Assembly (NCBI GenBank): GCA_902617375.1
Contig: CACMWI010000003.1
Span: 138,092 to 202,091, forward strand
Length of the DNA: 64,000 nucleotides
Origin: an uncultured Alphaproteobacteria bacterium
GTDB taxonomy: Bacteria > Pseudomonadota > Alphaproteobacteria > Methylaequorales > Methylaequoraceae
Direction: 5' to 3'
The position numbers were made by a program, and so were the translations under genes. Under the pieces are notes generated by a model. That model was not told where the DNA came from, did no database searches, and saw only the letters and a program-made list of their open reading frames with translations. Numbering within the stretch: position 1 is the first letter of the stretch; each line of letters begins with the position of its first letter. This document shows, in pieces, positions 38,221 to 47,557 of the stretch.

Positions 38221-39389
38221 TAGTGTTTGAAGTTTGAAATATGTTTTATAAAATTTTTTATAATGACCCTACTCATACTAGCAGTTAAAGATAATCTTAT
38301 TCTATCATAACCAGAAGGCACTGTTGGGGGACTTATTTCTTTTACAAAATATCCGTGATCAAATAAGTATTTTTTTAGACTTTCACACTTTGAACGATCT
38401 CTTAAAATCAAAGGAATTATATGTGAATTAGATTTTGCTGTATCAAAGTTTAATTTTTTTAATTTATCTAAAAGAAACTCTGAATTACTTTTAATTTTTT
38501 TCCTTAATTTTGATGCTTTTGTTATTTTTTTCAAAGAAGCTGATATTGCCCCTAGAATTGAGGGTGGTAAAGCAGTCGAGTAGATTAATCCTCCGCAAGA
38601 ATTAACAATTTTTTTATAAAAATCTCTTGAGCATGAAACAAACGATCCATAACTTCCTATTGCTTTACTAAAGGTACCTACAATAATCTCATTTGTGTTT
38701 TTATTAACATCTGAGGCCAAACCATACCCATTCTTACCGTATAAACCGAACGAATGAGCTTCATCAAGATAAAGTATGCAAGCATATTTCTTTGAAAGAT
38801 ATCTTAACCCATTCAAATCAGCAAGGTCCCCATCCATACTGAAGAGAGTTTCAGAGATAATCATTTTTCTTATTTTGATTGGTGTTTTTTTTAACTGACT
38901 TTCGAGGTGATTCAAATCAAGATGATTGTATCTAAAACACTTTTGTCTGGATATCAAACACCCATAATTAATACTGGCATGATTAAGTTTATCAGAAAAA
39001 ATAATGCATTTATTTCTGGTGCCTAAAGAATTACCACTTAAACAGGGAATAAGTGTTGAATTTAATAAAAATCCATTTCCAATTATTATAGAGTTATCGT
39101 GTTTAATATTTTTACTAATTAGTTTCTCAATCATTTCTATCTTATCTAAATTACCCGTAACTAAACGAGATGAAGACAAACTAGATCCATATTTTTTTAT
39201 CCAAGAAATCGATTCATTAGAAATTTCTTTATTTTTAGAAAACCCAAGATAATCGTTGCTAGCGAAATTTATCAATGTTTTTCCATTATATTTAACCAGA
39301 TCTTTATTTTTTTTTGAAAGTTTTGATGAATAATCAAAAATTTCTAGTTTTCTGGTTGGATTTTTTTTATTTAATGTTATTTTATTCAC
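38220..39389 (-). CDS. bioF: 8-amino-7-oxononanoate synthase
   Basis: NFASNDYLG, SSRLVTG, DKLNHAS, FSMDGD, DEAHS, GTFSKA and PPTVP motifs. Confidence 0.95.
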   Translation of the reverse strand: MNKITLNKKNPTRKLEIFDYSSKLSKKNKDLVKYNGKTLINFASNDYLGFSKNKEISNESISWIKKYGSSLSSSRLVTGNLDKIEMIEKLISKNIKHDNSIIIGNGFLLNSTLIPCLSGNSLGTRNKCIIFSDKLNHASINYGCLISRQKCFRYNHLDLNHLESQLKKTPIKIRKMIISETLFSMDGDLADLNGLRYLSKKYACILYLDEAHSFGLYGKNGYGLASDVNKNTNEIIVGTFSKAIGSYGSFVSCSRDFYKKIVNSCGGLIYSTALPPSILGAISASLKKITKASKLRKKIKSNSEFLLDKLKKLNFDTAKSNSHIIPLILRDRSKCESLKKYLFDHGYFVKEISPPTVPSGYDRIRLSLTASMSRVIIKNFIKHISNFKH

Positions 39390-39429
39390 AGTCTTTTATA
39401 TAATATATTAATTTTTACTAAATAAATAA

Positions 39430-40707
39430 ATGAAAGAAGAAACAATAGTTTTACATACAGGTCATCGTAGAGATGAATCAACCACATCCGTCGCCGTTCC
39501 TATTTACCAAACTACATCTTATCAATTTAATAACACTGAACATGCCGCTAAATTATTTTCACTTCAGGAGCTTGGAAATATTTACACCAGGATAATGAAC
39601 CCTACATGTGCTGTCTTAGAAGAACGAATGTCAAAACTTGATGGTGGGGTGGCTGCCATGGCAGTTAGCTCAGGTCAAGCTGCTTCAGCATTTTCAATTC
39701 AAAATATCTGTCATTCGGGAGATAATTTCGTTAGCTCCACTGATCTATATGGAGGAACATGGAATCTGTTTTCCAATACATTAAAAGAAATGGGAATTGA
39801 ATGTAGATTCGTTGACCCTGCAAAACCCGAACAATTTGAAAATGCTATTGACGACAAAACCAGGTGTATTTATGCAGAGACCTTGCCCAATCCAAAACTC
39901 AATGTTTTTCCTATTAACGAAGTCTCCAAAATTGGAAAAAAACACAATGTTCCTTTGATAATGGATAATACTGCTGCGCCATACATATGCAAACCTATAA
40001 GTCATGGAGCAAATATCGTAGTCTACTCGACAACTAAATATATTGGTGGACACGGTCTATCTATAGGAGGACTAATAGTTGATGGCGGAAACTTCGATTG
40101 GGAAGCTGCGGCTGATAGATTTCCAATGCTCAACAAACCTGATCCAAGTTATCATGGTGCCGTTTGGTCAGAAGCTGCAAAACCTCTAGGTCCAATAGCT
40201 TATATTTTAAGAGCCAGAGTTATTCTACTAAGAGACTATGGTTCAGCAATGAGTCCATTTAACGCTTTTACTTTTATTCAAGGTTTAGAAACATTACCTT
40301 TGAGAATGCAACGGCATTGTGAAAACGCCGAAAAAGTAGCAGAGTATCTGAATGGTCACAGTAAGGTTGAAAAAGTTATTTATCCCAAACTCATGTCTGG
40401 AATTCATAGAGATAGAGCAGAAAGCTATATGTCAGGCGGCTTTGGATCTTTACTAGGCTTCGAATTAAAAGATGGAGAAGACGCTGGAAAGAAATTCATA
40501 GATAATTTGAAACTTCTCTATCATGTTGCCAATATTGGAGACGCAAGATCACTCGCTATCCACCCTGCATCAACTACACACTCTCAATTATCAGATGATG
40601 AAAAATTATCATCTGGTGTTACACCAGGTTATGTAAGATTATCAATTGGAATTGAGCACATCGATGATATTATTGAGGATTTAGATCAGGCATTAAAAAA
40701 AGTCTGA
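39430..40707 (+). CDS. metY: O-acetylhomoserine aminocarboxypropyltransferase (sulfhydrylase)
   Basis: PIYQTTSY, GNIYTRIMNPT, SSGQAA, STTKYIGGHG and ANIGDARSL.IHPASTTHSQL motifs. Confidence 0.93.
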   Translation: MKEETIVLHTGHRRDESTTSVAVPIYQTTSYQFNNTEHAAKLFSLQELGNIYTRIMNPTCAVLEERMSKLDGGVAAMAVSSGQAASAFSIQNICHSGDNFVSSTDLYGGTWNLFSNTLKEMGIECRFVDPAKPEQFENAIDDKTRCIYAETLPNPKLNVFPINEVSKIGKKHNVPLIMDNTAAPYICKPISHGANIVVYSTTKYIGGHGLSIGGLIVDGGNFDWEAAADRFPMLNKPDPSYHGAVWSEAAKPLGPIAYILRARVILLRDYGSAMSPFNAFTFIQGLETLPLRMQRHCENAEKVAEYLNGHSKVEKVIYPKLMSGIHRDRAESYMSGGFGSLLGFELKDGEDAGKKFIDNLKLLYHVANIGDARSLAIHPASTTHSQLSDDEKLSSGVTPGYVRLSIGIEHIDDIIEDLDQALKKV

Positions 40708-41709
40708 ATGAAAAAATTCAATAGCAGAGGTTTTCCTTTTCATAGGGGAAGAAGGCTCAGAAGTTCACGCAATTTAAGAGATCTTGTAGCGGAAACATTT
40801 CTTAAAACCGACGATTTAGTTATGCCTTACTTTATTCGTGAGGATAATGATAAAATGGATTCAAAAAATAAATTCGGATTTAAAAGATTTTCCATAAATG
40901 AATTACTTAATGAGTTAGATGAGATCGTAAAATTAGGAATAAAATCAGTGGCATTGTTTCCAAAGATTGAAGTTGAAAAAAAAACAGATGATGCAATTGA
41001 AAGCTTTAATGAAAATAACCTGATATCTAGAGCTTTGAAAAAAGTTTTGAAAGAGTTTCCAGATCTGATGATTATCTGTGATGTAGCTTTAGATCCATAT
41101 ACGGCAAGTGGTCACGACGGCATTATAAACTCTAATGGAGAGATAGATAACGATATCACAGTTCAAATTTTAGTTAAGATGTCTTTAAACCTGGCATCAT
41201 CCGGCTGTAAAATCATTGCACCAAGTGATATGATGGATGGGAGAATTAAAATTATAAGAGAAAACTTAGAAACTAATAAATTTTCCAATGTTAATATTCT
41301 TTCATATAGCTCAAAGTTTTGCTCTAACTTCTATTCCCCTTTTAGAGACGCATTAGGAAGTAAAGAAAATCTTGGAGATTCAAAAAAAGATTCCTATCAA
41401 ATTGATTTTAGAAATTCTAGAGAGGCAGTAAAAGAATCACTCGAAGATATTGAGGAAGGTGCTGATATTGTAATGGTAAAACCAGCGGGTTATTATTTAG
41501 ATATTATTAATGAAATTAAAAAAAACTGTTTGATACCTGTCGCTGCCTATCAAGTAAGTGGAGAGTATGTTATGATTAAGAATGCTTCTGACGAGAAATT
41601 TATTGACTACAGATCTTGCGTATTGGAGAGTCTTTCTTGCATTAAAAGAGCTGGAGCAGACGTAATTTTTTCATATTTTTCGAGAGAAGTTGCAGAGTGG
41701 TTAAAATAA
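40708..41709 (+). CDS. hemB: Porphobilinogen synthase (Asp-rich, Zn-independent type)
   Basis: R.RRLR, DVALDPYT.SGHDG, APSDMMDGR, FYSPFRDA, MVKP and YQVSGEY motifs. Confidence 0.97.
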   Translation: MKKFNSRGFPFHRGRRLRSSRNLRDLVAETFLKTDDLVMPYFIREDNDKMDSKNKFGFKRFSINELLNELDEIVKLGIKSVALFPKIEVEKKTDDAIESFNENNLISRALKKVLKEFPDLMIICDVALDPYTASGHDGIINSNGEIDNDITVQILVKMSLNLASSGCKIIAPSDMMDGRIKIIRENLETNKFSNVNILSYSSKFCSNFYSPFRDALGSKENLGDSKKDSYQIDFRNSREAVKESLEDIEEGADIVMVKPAGYYLDIINEIKKNCLIPVAAYQVSGEYVMIKNASDEKFIDYRSCVLESLSCIKRAGADVIFSYFSREVAEWLK

Positions 41710-41780
41710 TTAAATCATAATGAACTTGATTTTTAAAAATTATAAGATTAAAAAAAGATAACATAAATTAGGAGGTTATA

Positions 41781-43007
41781 ATGTCAAGAACACATCCAGG
41801 TAGATTCCACATAGCAATCCCAGGTCCTACAAATATACCTGAAAGAATTCTAAATGCTATGCATATCTCATCAGAAGATCAAAGAAACCCAGAAATTCCA
41901 AACTTAACGATCCCTTTATATAAAGACGTAAAAAAAGTTTTCAAATCCGAAAAAGGGACAGTTTTTCTATTCCCCGGATCAGGAACAGGAGCATGGGAAT
42001 CAGCAATTATTAATACCATGTCACCAAATGAAAAAGTTCTAATTTATAGATATGGACAGTTTAGTCACTTATGGGCAGATATGTTCAAAAGACTTGGATT
42101 AGATGCAGAGGTTGTTGAAAGAGAATGGGGAACAGGAACACCTCCTGAAGAGGTGGAAAAGACGCTTAAAAATGATACTGATCACAAAATTAAGGTTGTT
42201 TGTGTGACACAAAACGAAACTGCTACTGGAGTCACATCAAATGTTGAAGATGTGAGGAAGGCTATGGATGCAGCAAATCACCCTGCACTTTTGTTTGTTG
42301 ATGGTGTTAGTTCGATTGCATCTATTGACTTTAAAATGGATGAGTGGAAAGTAGATTGCGCTATTTCAGGCTCACAAAAGGGTTTTATGTTACCTTCAGG
42401 AATGGCTATAATGTGCGTAAGTCCCAAAGCGCTTGAAGCTCATAAAAAAGCTGAGCTTAAAAGATGTTACTACTCTTGGGAAGATCAGATTGCAACTAAT
42501 AAAGACGGGTATTTCCCTTACACTCCTCAAATACCAATGTTAAGGGCTTTACAGGAGTCATGTAACATGATTTTTGAAGAGGGTCTTGAAAACGTATTCA
42601 AGAGACATCACAGAATTGCTGAAGGAGTAAGAAAAGCTATTCTTGAAGGATGGGAATTAAAACTATGCGCTAAAGATCCATATTGGTATTCCGATACTGT
42701 ATCAGCAATAGTAGTTCCAGAAGATAAAGACGCAAAACAAGTGCTTTCAACAGCTTTTAATAAATATCATCTTTCACTTGGTGCTGGACTTACAGAAGTA
42801 GCTGGCAAGGTCTTCAGAATAGGCCATCTTGGTGATTTAAACGAACTTCAAGCTTCAGCCTTTATTAATGGCGCTGAAATGGCAATGATTGATTCAGGTA
42901 TTAATGTAAAACCTGGAAGTGGTATTGCTGCTGCTTCTGAATATTGGAGAAAGGCTTTAGAAAATGACGCAAAAGTTCAAAGTATTAGTAACAAGGAAGT
43001 GGCCTAG
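41781..43007 (+). CDS. sgaA: Serine--glyoxylate aminotransferase (class V PLP)
   Basis: PGR.H..IPGPTNIP, SGTGAWE, GQFSHLW, NETATGVTS, VDGVSSI, GSQKG and FRIGHLGDLNE, closely resembling methylotroph SgaA; AGGAGG SD. Confidence 0.85.
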   Translation: MSRTHPGRFHIAIPGPTNIPERILNAMHISSEDQRNPEIPNLTIPLYKDVKKVFKSEKGTVFLFPGSGTGAWESAIINTMSPNEKVLIYRYGQFSHLWADMFKRLGLDAEVVEREWGTGTPPEEVEKTLKNDTDHKIKVVCVTQNETATGVTSNVEDVRKAMDAANHPALLFVDGVSSIASIDFKMDEWKVDCAISGSQKGFMLPSGMAIMCVSPKALEAHKKAELKRCYYSWEDQIATNKDGYFPYTPQIPMLRALQESCNMIFEEGLENVFKRHHRIAEGVRKAILEGWELKLCAKDPYWYSDTVSAIVVPEDKDAKQVLSTAFNKYHLSLGAGLTEVAGKVFRIGHLGDLNELQASAFINGAEMAMIDSGINVKPGSGIAAASEYWRKALENDAKVQSISNKEVA

Positions 43008-43938
43008 TACTGTAGAAAAAAAGCTAGATGAAAGTTTTGATGTCACTCTAAACGAAAGTGACATTCCAATGACAGAGGAACAGCTACTCGAAGCTATGAA
43101 TAGCTATGATGCTGTTCTTCCAACTGTTACTGACAGTATTTCAAGTAAAATTATTTCATCAGATAAGAGAAAGGCTAAAATAATTGGAAATTTTGGTGTT
43201 GGTTTCAATAATATTGATATTGAATCAGCTAAAAGTAACGGAGTTGTTGTTACAAATACTCCAGAAGTACTTACCGATTGTACAGCAGATATTGCAATGC
43301 TTCTTCTTCTTGGAGTTTCCAGAAGAGCCTCAGAGGGAGAATTTCACGTCAGAAAAAAAGAATGGTCGGGTTGGCGACCAACTCACATGATGGGAACAAA
43401 AGTAACAGGAAAAACTCTTGGTCTTGTTGGAATGGGGAGAATAGCTCAGGCGGTTGCGCATAAAGCACATTTTGGGTTTAATATGAAAATACTTTTTTTT
43501 GACCCATATTTTAATAATAATGACATTATTAAAAAATTTAATGCTTTACCTTGCAAAACAATTGACGATCTACTCAAAGATTCCGATTTTGTTTCTTTGC
43601 ACTGCCCATCAACTAGTGAGACTAAAGGACTAATGAATATTAAAACTTTATCAAAGATGAAAAAGTCTAGCTATCTTATAAATACAGCAAGAGGCGATGT
43701 TGTTGTTGAAAATGATTTAGTTCAAGCATTAGAAAGCGATCTCATTAAGGGAGCAGGTCTGGACGTTTTTGAAGGTGAACCAAATGTAAACCCAAAGCTT
43801 TTAAAATTTAAAAACGTTTTTTTACTTCCACACCTTGGAAGCGCTACTGAGGAAACTAGAGAAGCTATGGGTATGCGAGTATTTTCAAATATAATTGATT
43901 TTTTTGAAGGCAAGGAGCCCACGGACAGAGTGGTATAA
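42964..43938 (+). CDS. Hydroxypyruvate/glyoxylate reductase (D-glycerate dehydrogenase)
   Basis: GVGFNNID, NTPEVLT..TADIA, GMGRIA, INTARG, GLDVFE.EP and PHLGSAT motifs. Confidence 0.88.
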   Translation: MTQKFKVLVTRKWPSTVEKKLDESFDVTLNESDIPMTEEQLLEAMNSYDAVLPTVTDSISSKIISSDKRKAKIIGNFGVGFNNIDIESAKSNGVVVTNTPEVLTDCTADIAMLLLLGVSRRASEGEFHVRKKEWSGWRPTHMMGTKVTGKTLGLVGMGRIAQAVAHKAHFGFNMKILFFDPYFNNNDIIKKFNALPCKTIDDLLKDSDFVSLHCPSTSETKGLMNIKTLSKMKKSSYLINTARGDVVVENDLVQALESDLIKGAGLDVFEGEPNVNPKLLKFKNVFLLPHLGSATEETREAMGMRVFSNIIDFFEGKEPTDRVV

Positions 43939-43944
43939 TCCATA

Positions 43945-45294
43945 ATGAGTTTACATAGAGTTGAAAATAGCTCTGAAAATTTGTTAATGAGTTTATTTAA
44001 TCATGGTGTATCAAACGTTCAACCCAGAAACATTTTAAAAAACTTCATTAAAGCTTACAAAACAAAAATTATTATAAGCAACAACGGCTATTCAAAAACT
44101 TATAATAACTTTAAGAATATTCTTCCAATTTGTGTAGGTAAAGCTTCAGTTGACATGGGTAACACCGCATTATCTTTACTTAAGAATTTTGAGAACAAAA
44201 TATCTGAGGGTGTTATAGTTGTAAACAAGGAAAACTTTAAAAAAGTGAAAGGTTTTAAATGTTTTTCTTCTGGGCACCCTGTTCCTGATAAAAATGGTTT
44301 ACTTGCATCTCTACACATAGAAAAAAAACTTCATTCGCTTTCTGAAAAGGATCTTGTTTTGTTTTTTTTATCTGGGGGTGGGTCTGCTTTATTACCCTAC
44401 CCATCTGCAAATATTAAAATTGAACAGAAGGTAATTTTAAATCGTAAATTATTAAACTCAGGTGCAGACATCAAGGAAATTAATACAGTGCGGAAACATC
44501 TTTCAAAAATCAAGGGTGGCAATCTATTGAAAATGTCATTTCCAGCAAAAGTCCATAGTTTTATATTGTCTGATGTAATAGGAGATGATTTAAGTTCGAT
44601 ATCGAGTGGACCAACAGTTCCTGATGAAACGTCTTTTAATGATGTAAAAAAAATTCTTAAAAAATACAATTTATGGAATGATATTCACAAATCAATAAAA
44701 GCGCATATTGAATTAGGAATATTCGATAAAAGTTTAGAAACCCCTGACAAAACAAATAAAGTTTTCTTAAATGTTGAAAACACACTAATAGGGAGTAATA
44801 ATTTATGTTTAAAAAGCATCGATTCTTTATGTAAAAAGAAAGACATCAATTCAAAAATCTGGAAAACTAATATTGAAGGAGACGTTCAAGTTCTCGCTAA
44901 AAATTTTGTTAAAGATCTTAAAAAAAAGAATTATAAAAAGCCAATAATATTAATTTCTGGTGGAGAAAGCACAGTTAAAATTAAAGGAAAAGGAAAAGGT
45001 GGAAGAAATCAAGAATTTGCTTTGCACTTCATAAAAAATATAAGAAAGTCTCTCTCTAATCTAAAATTTACACTTTTATCAGCTGGAACAGACGGAAGAG
45101 ACGGGCCAACAAATGCTGCTGGAGCAATTGTGAATAATAAGAGTTTCGATTTAATTGAAAGTAAAAACATAAATCTAAATAAGGAATTAGAAAACAATAA
45201 CTCATATCAGGTATTGAAAAAAATAAATTCGCTTGTAATAATTAATGGAACAAACACAAACGTAGCTGACATTCAGTTACTGATGATAAATTAA
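43945..45294 (+). CDS. Glycerate 2-kinase (TtuD/Gck, MOFRL family)
   Basis: GKAS, GHPVPD, SGGGSAL, RKHLS.IKGG, SDVIGD, GGE.TV, GGRNQE, GTDGRDG and TNVAD motifs. Confidence 0.92.
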   Translation: MSLHRVENSSENLLMSLFNHGVSNVQPRNILKNFIKAYKTKIIISNNGYSKTYNNFKNILPICVGKASVDMGNTALSLLKNFENKISEGVIVVNKENFKKVKGFKCFSSGHPVPDKNGLLASLHIEKKLHSLSEKDLVLFFLSGGGSALLPYPSANIKIEQKVILNRKLLNSGADIKEINTVRKHLSKIKGGNLLKMSFPAKVHSFILSDVIGDDLSSISSGPTVPDETSFNDVKKILKKYNLWNDIHKSIKAHIELGIFDKSLETPDKTNKVFLNVENTLIGSNNLCLKSIDSLCKKKDINSKIWKTNIEGDVQVLAKNFVKDLKKKNYKKPIILISGGESTVKIKGKGKGGRNQEFALHFIKNIRKSLSNLKFTLLSAGTDGRDGPTNAAGAIVNNKSFDLIESKNINLNKELENNNSYQVLKKINSLVIINGTNTNVADIQLLMIN

Positions 45295-46011
45295 ATGGGT
45301 ACATTAAAGAAAAATGAATTAATATTAAAAAGCTCAACAGAGTTTCCTTGTTCATATATCAAAGGAAAATCAGAAAAAAGAATTTTTGTAAATATTCCAA
45401 AAAATAAATCTGGAAACGAAGTAATTTCAAAACTTACACAAAAGGGATTTCGAAGAAATTATGATCACATGTATATCCCATCGTGCAAAAATTGCATATC
45501 CTGCGTTTCATTAAGATTAAATATTACTAAATTTGTCTATTCCAAAAGTAATAAAAGAAATCTAAAAACCAATTCTGATCTATCATTAGTTGAAAATAAA
45601 TGTTTTTCAGAGAAAAGATTTAAATTATTTAAACAATATTGTAGAGTTAGACATCCAGATGGTCAAATGAGATATATGACACAGTCTGATTTTATTAATT
45701 TTTTTCATAAATCTAAAAATAAAGTAAAAATATTTGACTTAATTAATTTTAATAAAAAGCTTTATGGCTCAATCTTGCTAGACGTCTTAGATGACGGATA
45801 TTCTGCTGTTTATAGTTTCTTTGATCCATATTCACACAAAAGAGGTTTGGGTAAAAACTTAATCTTAAAAACAATTCAAAAACTTAAAGAAAAAAAAAAG
45901 AGTCACCTTTACCTCGGATATTGGGTAAGAGAATCAAAAAATATGAACTATAAATCATCATTTAATAATGTTGAATATTTCATAAATGGTGAATGGACAG
46001 AAAATCTATAA
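45295..46011 (+). CDS. Aminoacyl-tRNA--protein transferase (ATE/Bpt family)
   Basis: CSY, GFRR, Y.P.C..C..C.SLR, SAVYSFFDP and YLGYWV..S..M.YK motifs. Confidence 0.9.
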   Translation: MGTLKKNELILKSSTEFPCSYIKGKSEKRIFVNIPKNKSGNEVISKLTQKGFRRNYDHMYIPSCKNCISCVSLRLNITKFVYSKSNKRNLKTNSDLSLVENKCFSEKRFKLFKQYCRVRHPDGQMRYMTQSDFINFFHKSKNKVKIFDLINFNKKLYGSILLDVLDDGYSAVYSFFDPYSHKRGLGKNLILKTIQKLKEKKKSHLYLGYWVRESKNMNYKSSFNNVEYFINGEWTENL

Positions 46012-46710
46012 ATCCTCCAGTTGATTAATTATTTGATTCCTAAAAATAAATTTGAATTTTTTATTTTCCAAGATTTTAAGAAAAAAATATCCTGTTATTT
46101 TTAATGCCTCTTTATAATCATTATATTTATTTTGTTTAAAGTTTTCTTTCATACATTTTGGAATTTTAAATAGACTTTTAGCATATTTTTTTCCCACTTC
46201 GAAATTAACTGCATTACCAGTTTTTGGAGAAATAAAATAAGTATTATTAAATTCTCCAGTAACACAGCATTTATTAATATTGAGCCCATAACCAAGATGC
46301 TTTAAAAAATTTATTTCCCACTTTACATATTTACCAATTAAATAAGAATTATTTTCAAACTTTAAAAGAGTCAAATTTTTGATTTCTTTATAAATAGAAG
46401 TATTTTGTTCCCACAAAGGTAAGAATTTTATACAAAGTTCCGAAGCTGAGGCTTTAATAATTGTATAAAAATAGTTAGTAGATAAATTATAATTTTGTTG
46501 TTCATAATTTAAATATCCAAGTGAATTTTGATTTCTTGAACTCCACGTAAATTCAACTTTATCAAGATTAATTAAATTAATATTTTTGTTTTTAAAAGAC
46601 TTTGAAAGACCCTTTATCAAACCATAATCTTTCGAAAGGATATATAAGATTTTAGATTTCTCTCCAAAATTTTTTGAATATAAGAAAAAACCTTCGTCGT
46701 GTATTTTCAT
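46006..46710 (-). CDS. recO: DNA repair protein RecO
   Basis: FGE.S.I, WE..FL..LGYGL, CCVTG and FISPKTGNAV motifs; follows era. Confidence 0.88.
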   Translation of the reverse strand: MKIHDEGFFLYSKNFGEKSKILYILSKDYGLIKGLSKSFKNKNINLINLDKVEFTWSSRNQNSLGYLNYEQQNYNLSTNYFYTIIKASASELCIKFLPLWEQNTSIYKEIKNLTLLKFENNSYLIGKYVKWEINFLKHLGYGLNINKCCVTGEFNNTYFISPKTGNAVNFEVGKKYAKSLFKIPKCMKENFKQNKYNDYKEALKITGYFFLKILENKKFKFIFRNQIINQLEDL

Positions 46711-46720
46711 TATTAAATTC

Positions 46721-47557
46721 TCATTTTTTAACTGTTAAATCCAAAAATACCTTTTTTTTTAAAATTTTTTCAATGTCGATTCTTGACCTTGTTCCGATCA
46801 TCTTAATTTTTTCTCCGTTTTTTCCTATAATTATTGATTTTTGAGAGTCTTTATTTACAAATATTTCTTGATAAACCTTTGTAATTTTTTCTTCATTTTT
46901 AATTTTGGTTTTAATTTTAACTAAATATGGTATTTCCTTATTTACAAGATTAAATATCTTTTCTCTTGTAATTTCAGAAATTCTATAATTTATGCTTTTA
47001 TTTACTTGTATTTTTCCATTATACTTCCAATTCCTTTCAGGAATCTGATCAATTAGATTGTTCAATAAAAACTTCAGACCTTTTCTTCTTTTTGAAGAAA
47101 TCATAAAAGTTTTTAAAAAATTTATTTGCGAATTTAGAATTTCAGAATATTTAAGTATTCTATCTTTTGAAACAAGATCTATCTTATTTAAGACCAAATA
47201 ATTTTTTTTGAAATTTTTAATAATAGTGTTTATTTCACTTATCGACTTTTTATCAATTTTTTTTGAAAGATCGTAAATAAAAAGATTTAAATCTACTTTT
47301 TCTTCCTCATCCTGAATTGAACGTGAAAGACTTTTTGTTTTATACTTTCTATTTTGAATTATACCTGGTGTGTCTGTAAATATTAGTTGACAGTGATTTA
47401 TATTAATCACTCCAGAAATTTTTTCTTTTGTAGTTTGAACCTTGTGGCTGACAATTGATATTTTATTATTTAAAATATTATTCAATAGTGTTGATTTTCC
47501 TGCATTTGGAAATCCAGTTAATAAAATAAATCCACACTTATATTTTTTTATTTTCAA
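46721..47557 (-). CDS. era: GTPase Era
   Basis: GFPNAGKSTL, VQTT, DTPG, NKID, EITREK, EIPY and SQKSIIIGKNG motifs. Confidence 0.96.
   Translation of the reverse strand: MKIKKYKCGFILLTGFPNAGKSTLLNNILNNKISIVSHKVQTTKEKISGVININHCQLIFTDTPGIIQNRKYKTKSLSRSIQDEEEKVDLNLFIYDLSKKIDKKSISEINTIIKNFKKNYLVLNKIDLVSKDRILKYSEILNSQINFLKTFMISSKRRKGLKFLLNNLIDQIPERNWKYNGKIQVNKSINYRISEITREKIFNLVNKEIPYLVKIKTKIKNEEKITKVYQEIFVNKDSQKSIIIGKNGEKIKMIGTRSRIDIEKILKKKVFLDLTVKK

Noticed and set aside
41781-43007. Interpretation as BhcA of the beta-hydroxyaspartate cycle
   Set aside because: No bhcBCD genes are adjacent, the neighbours are hpr and gck, and the sequence resembles SgaA more closely.
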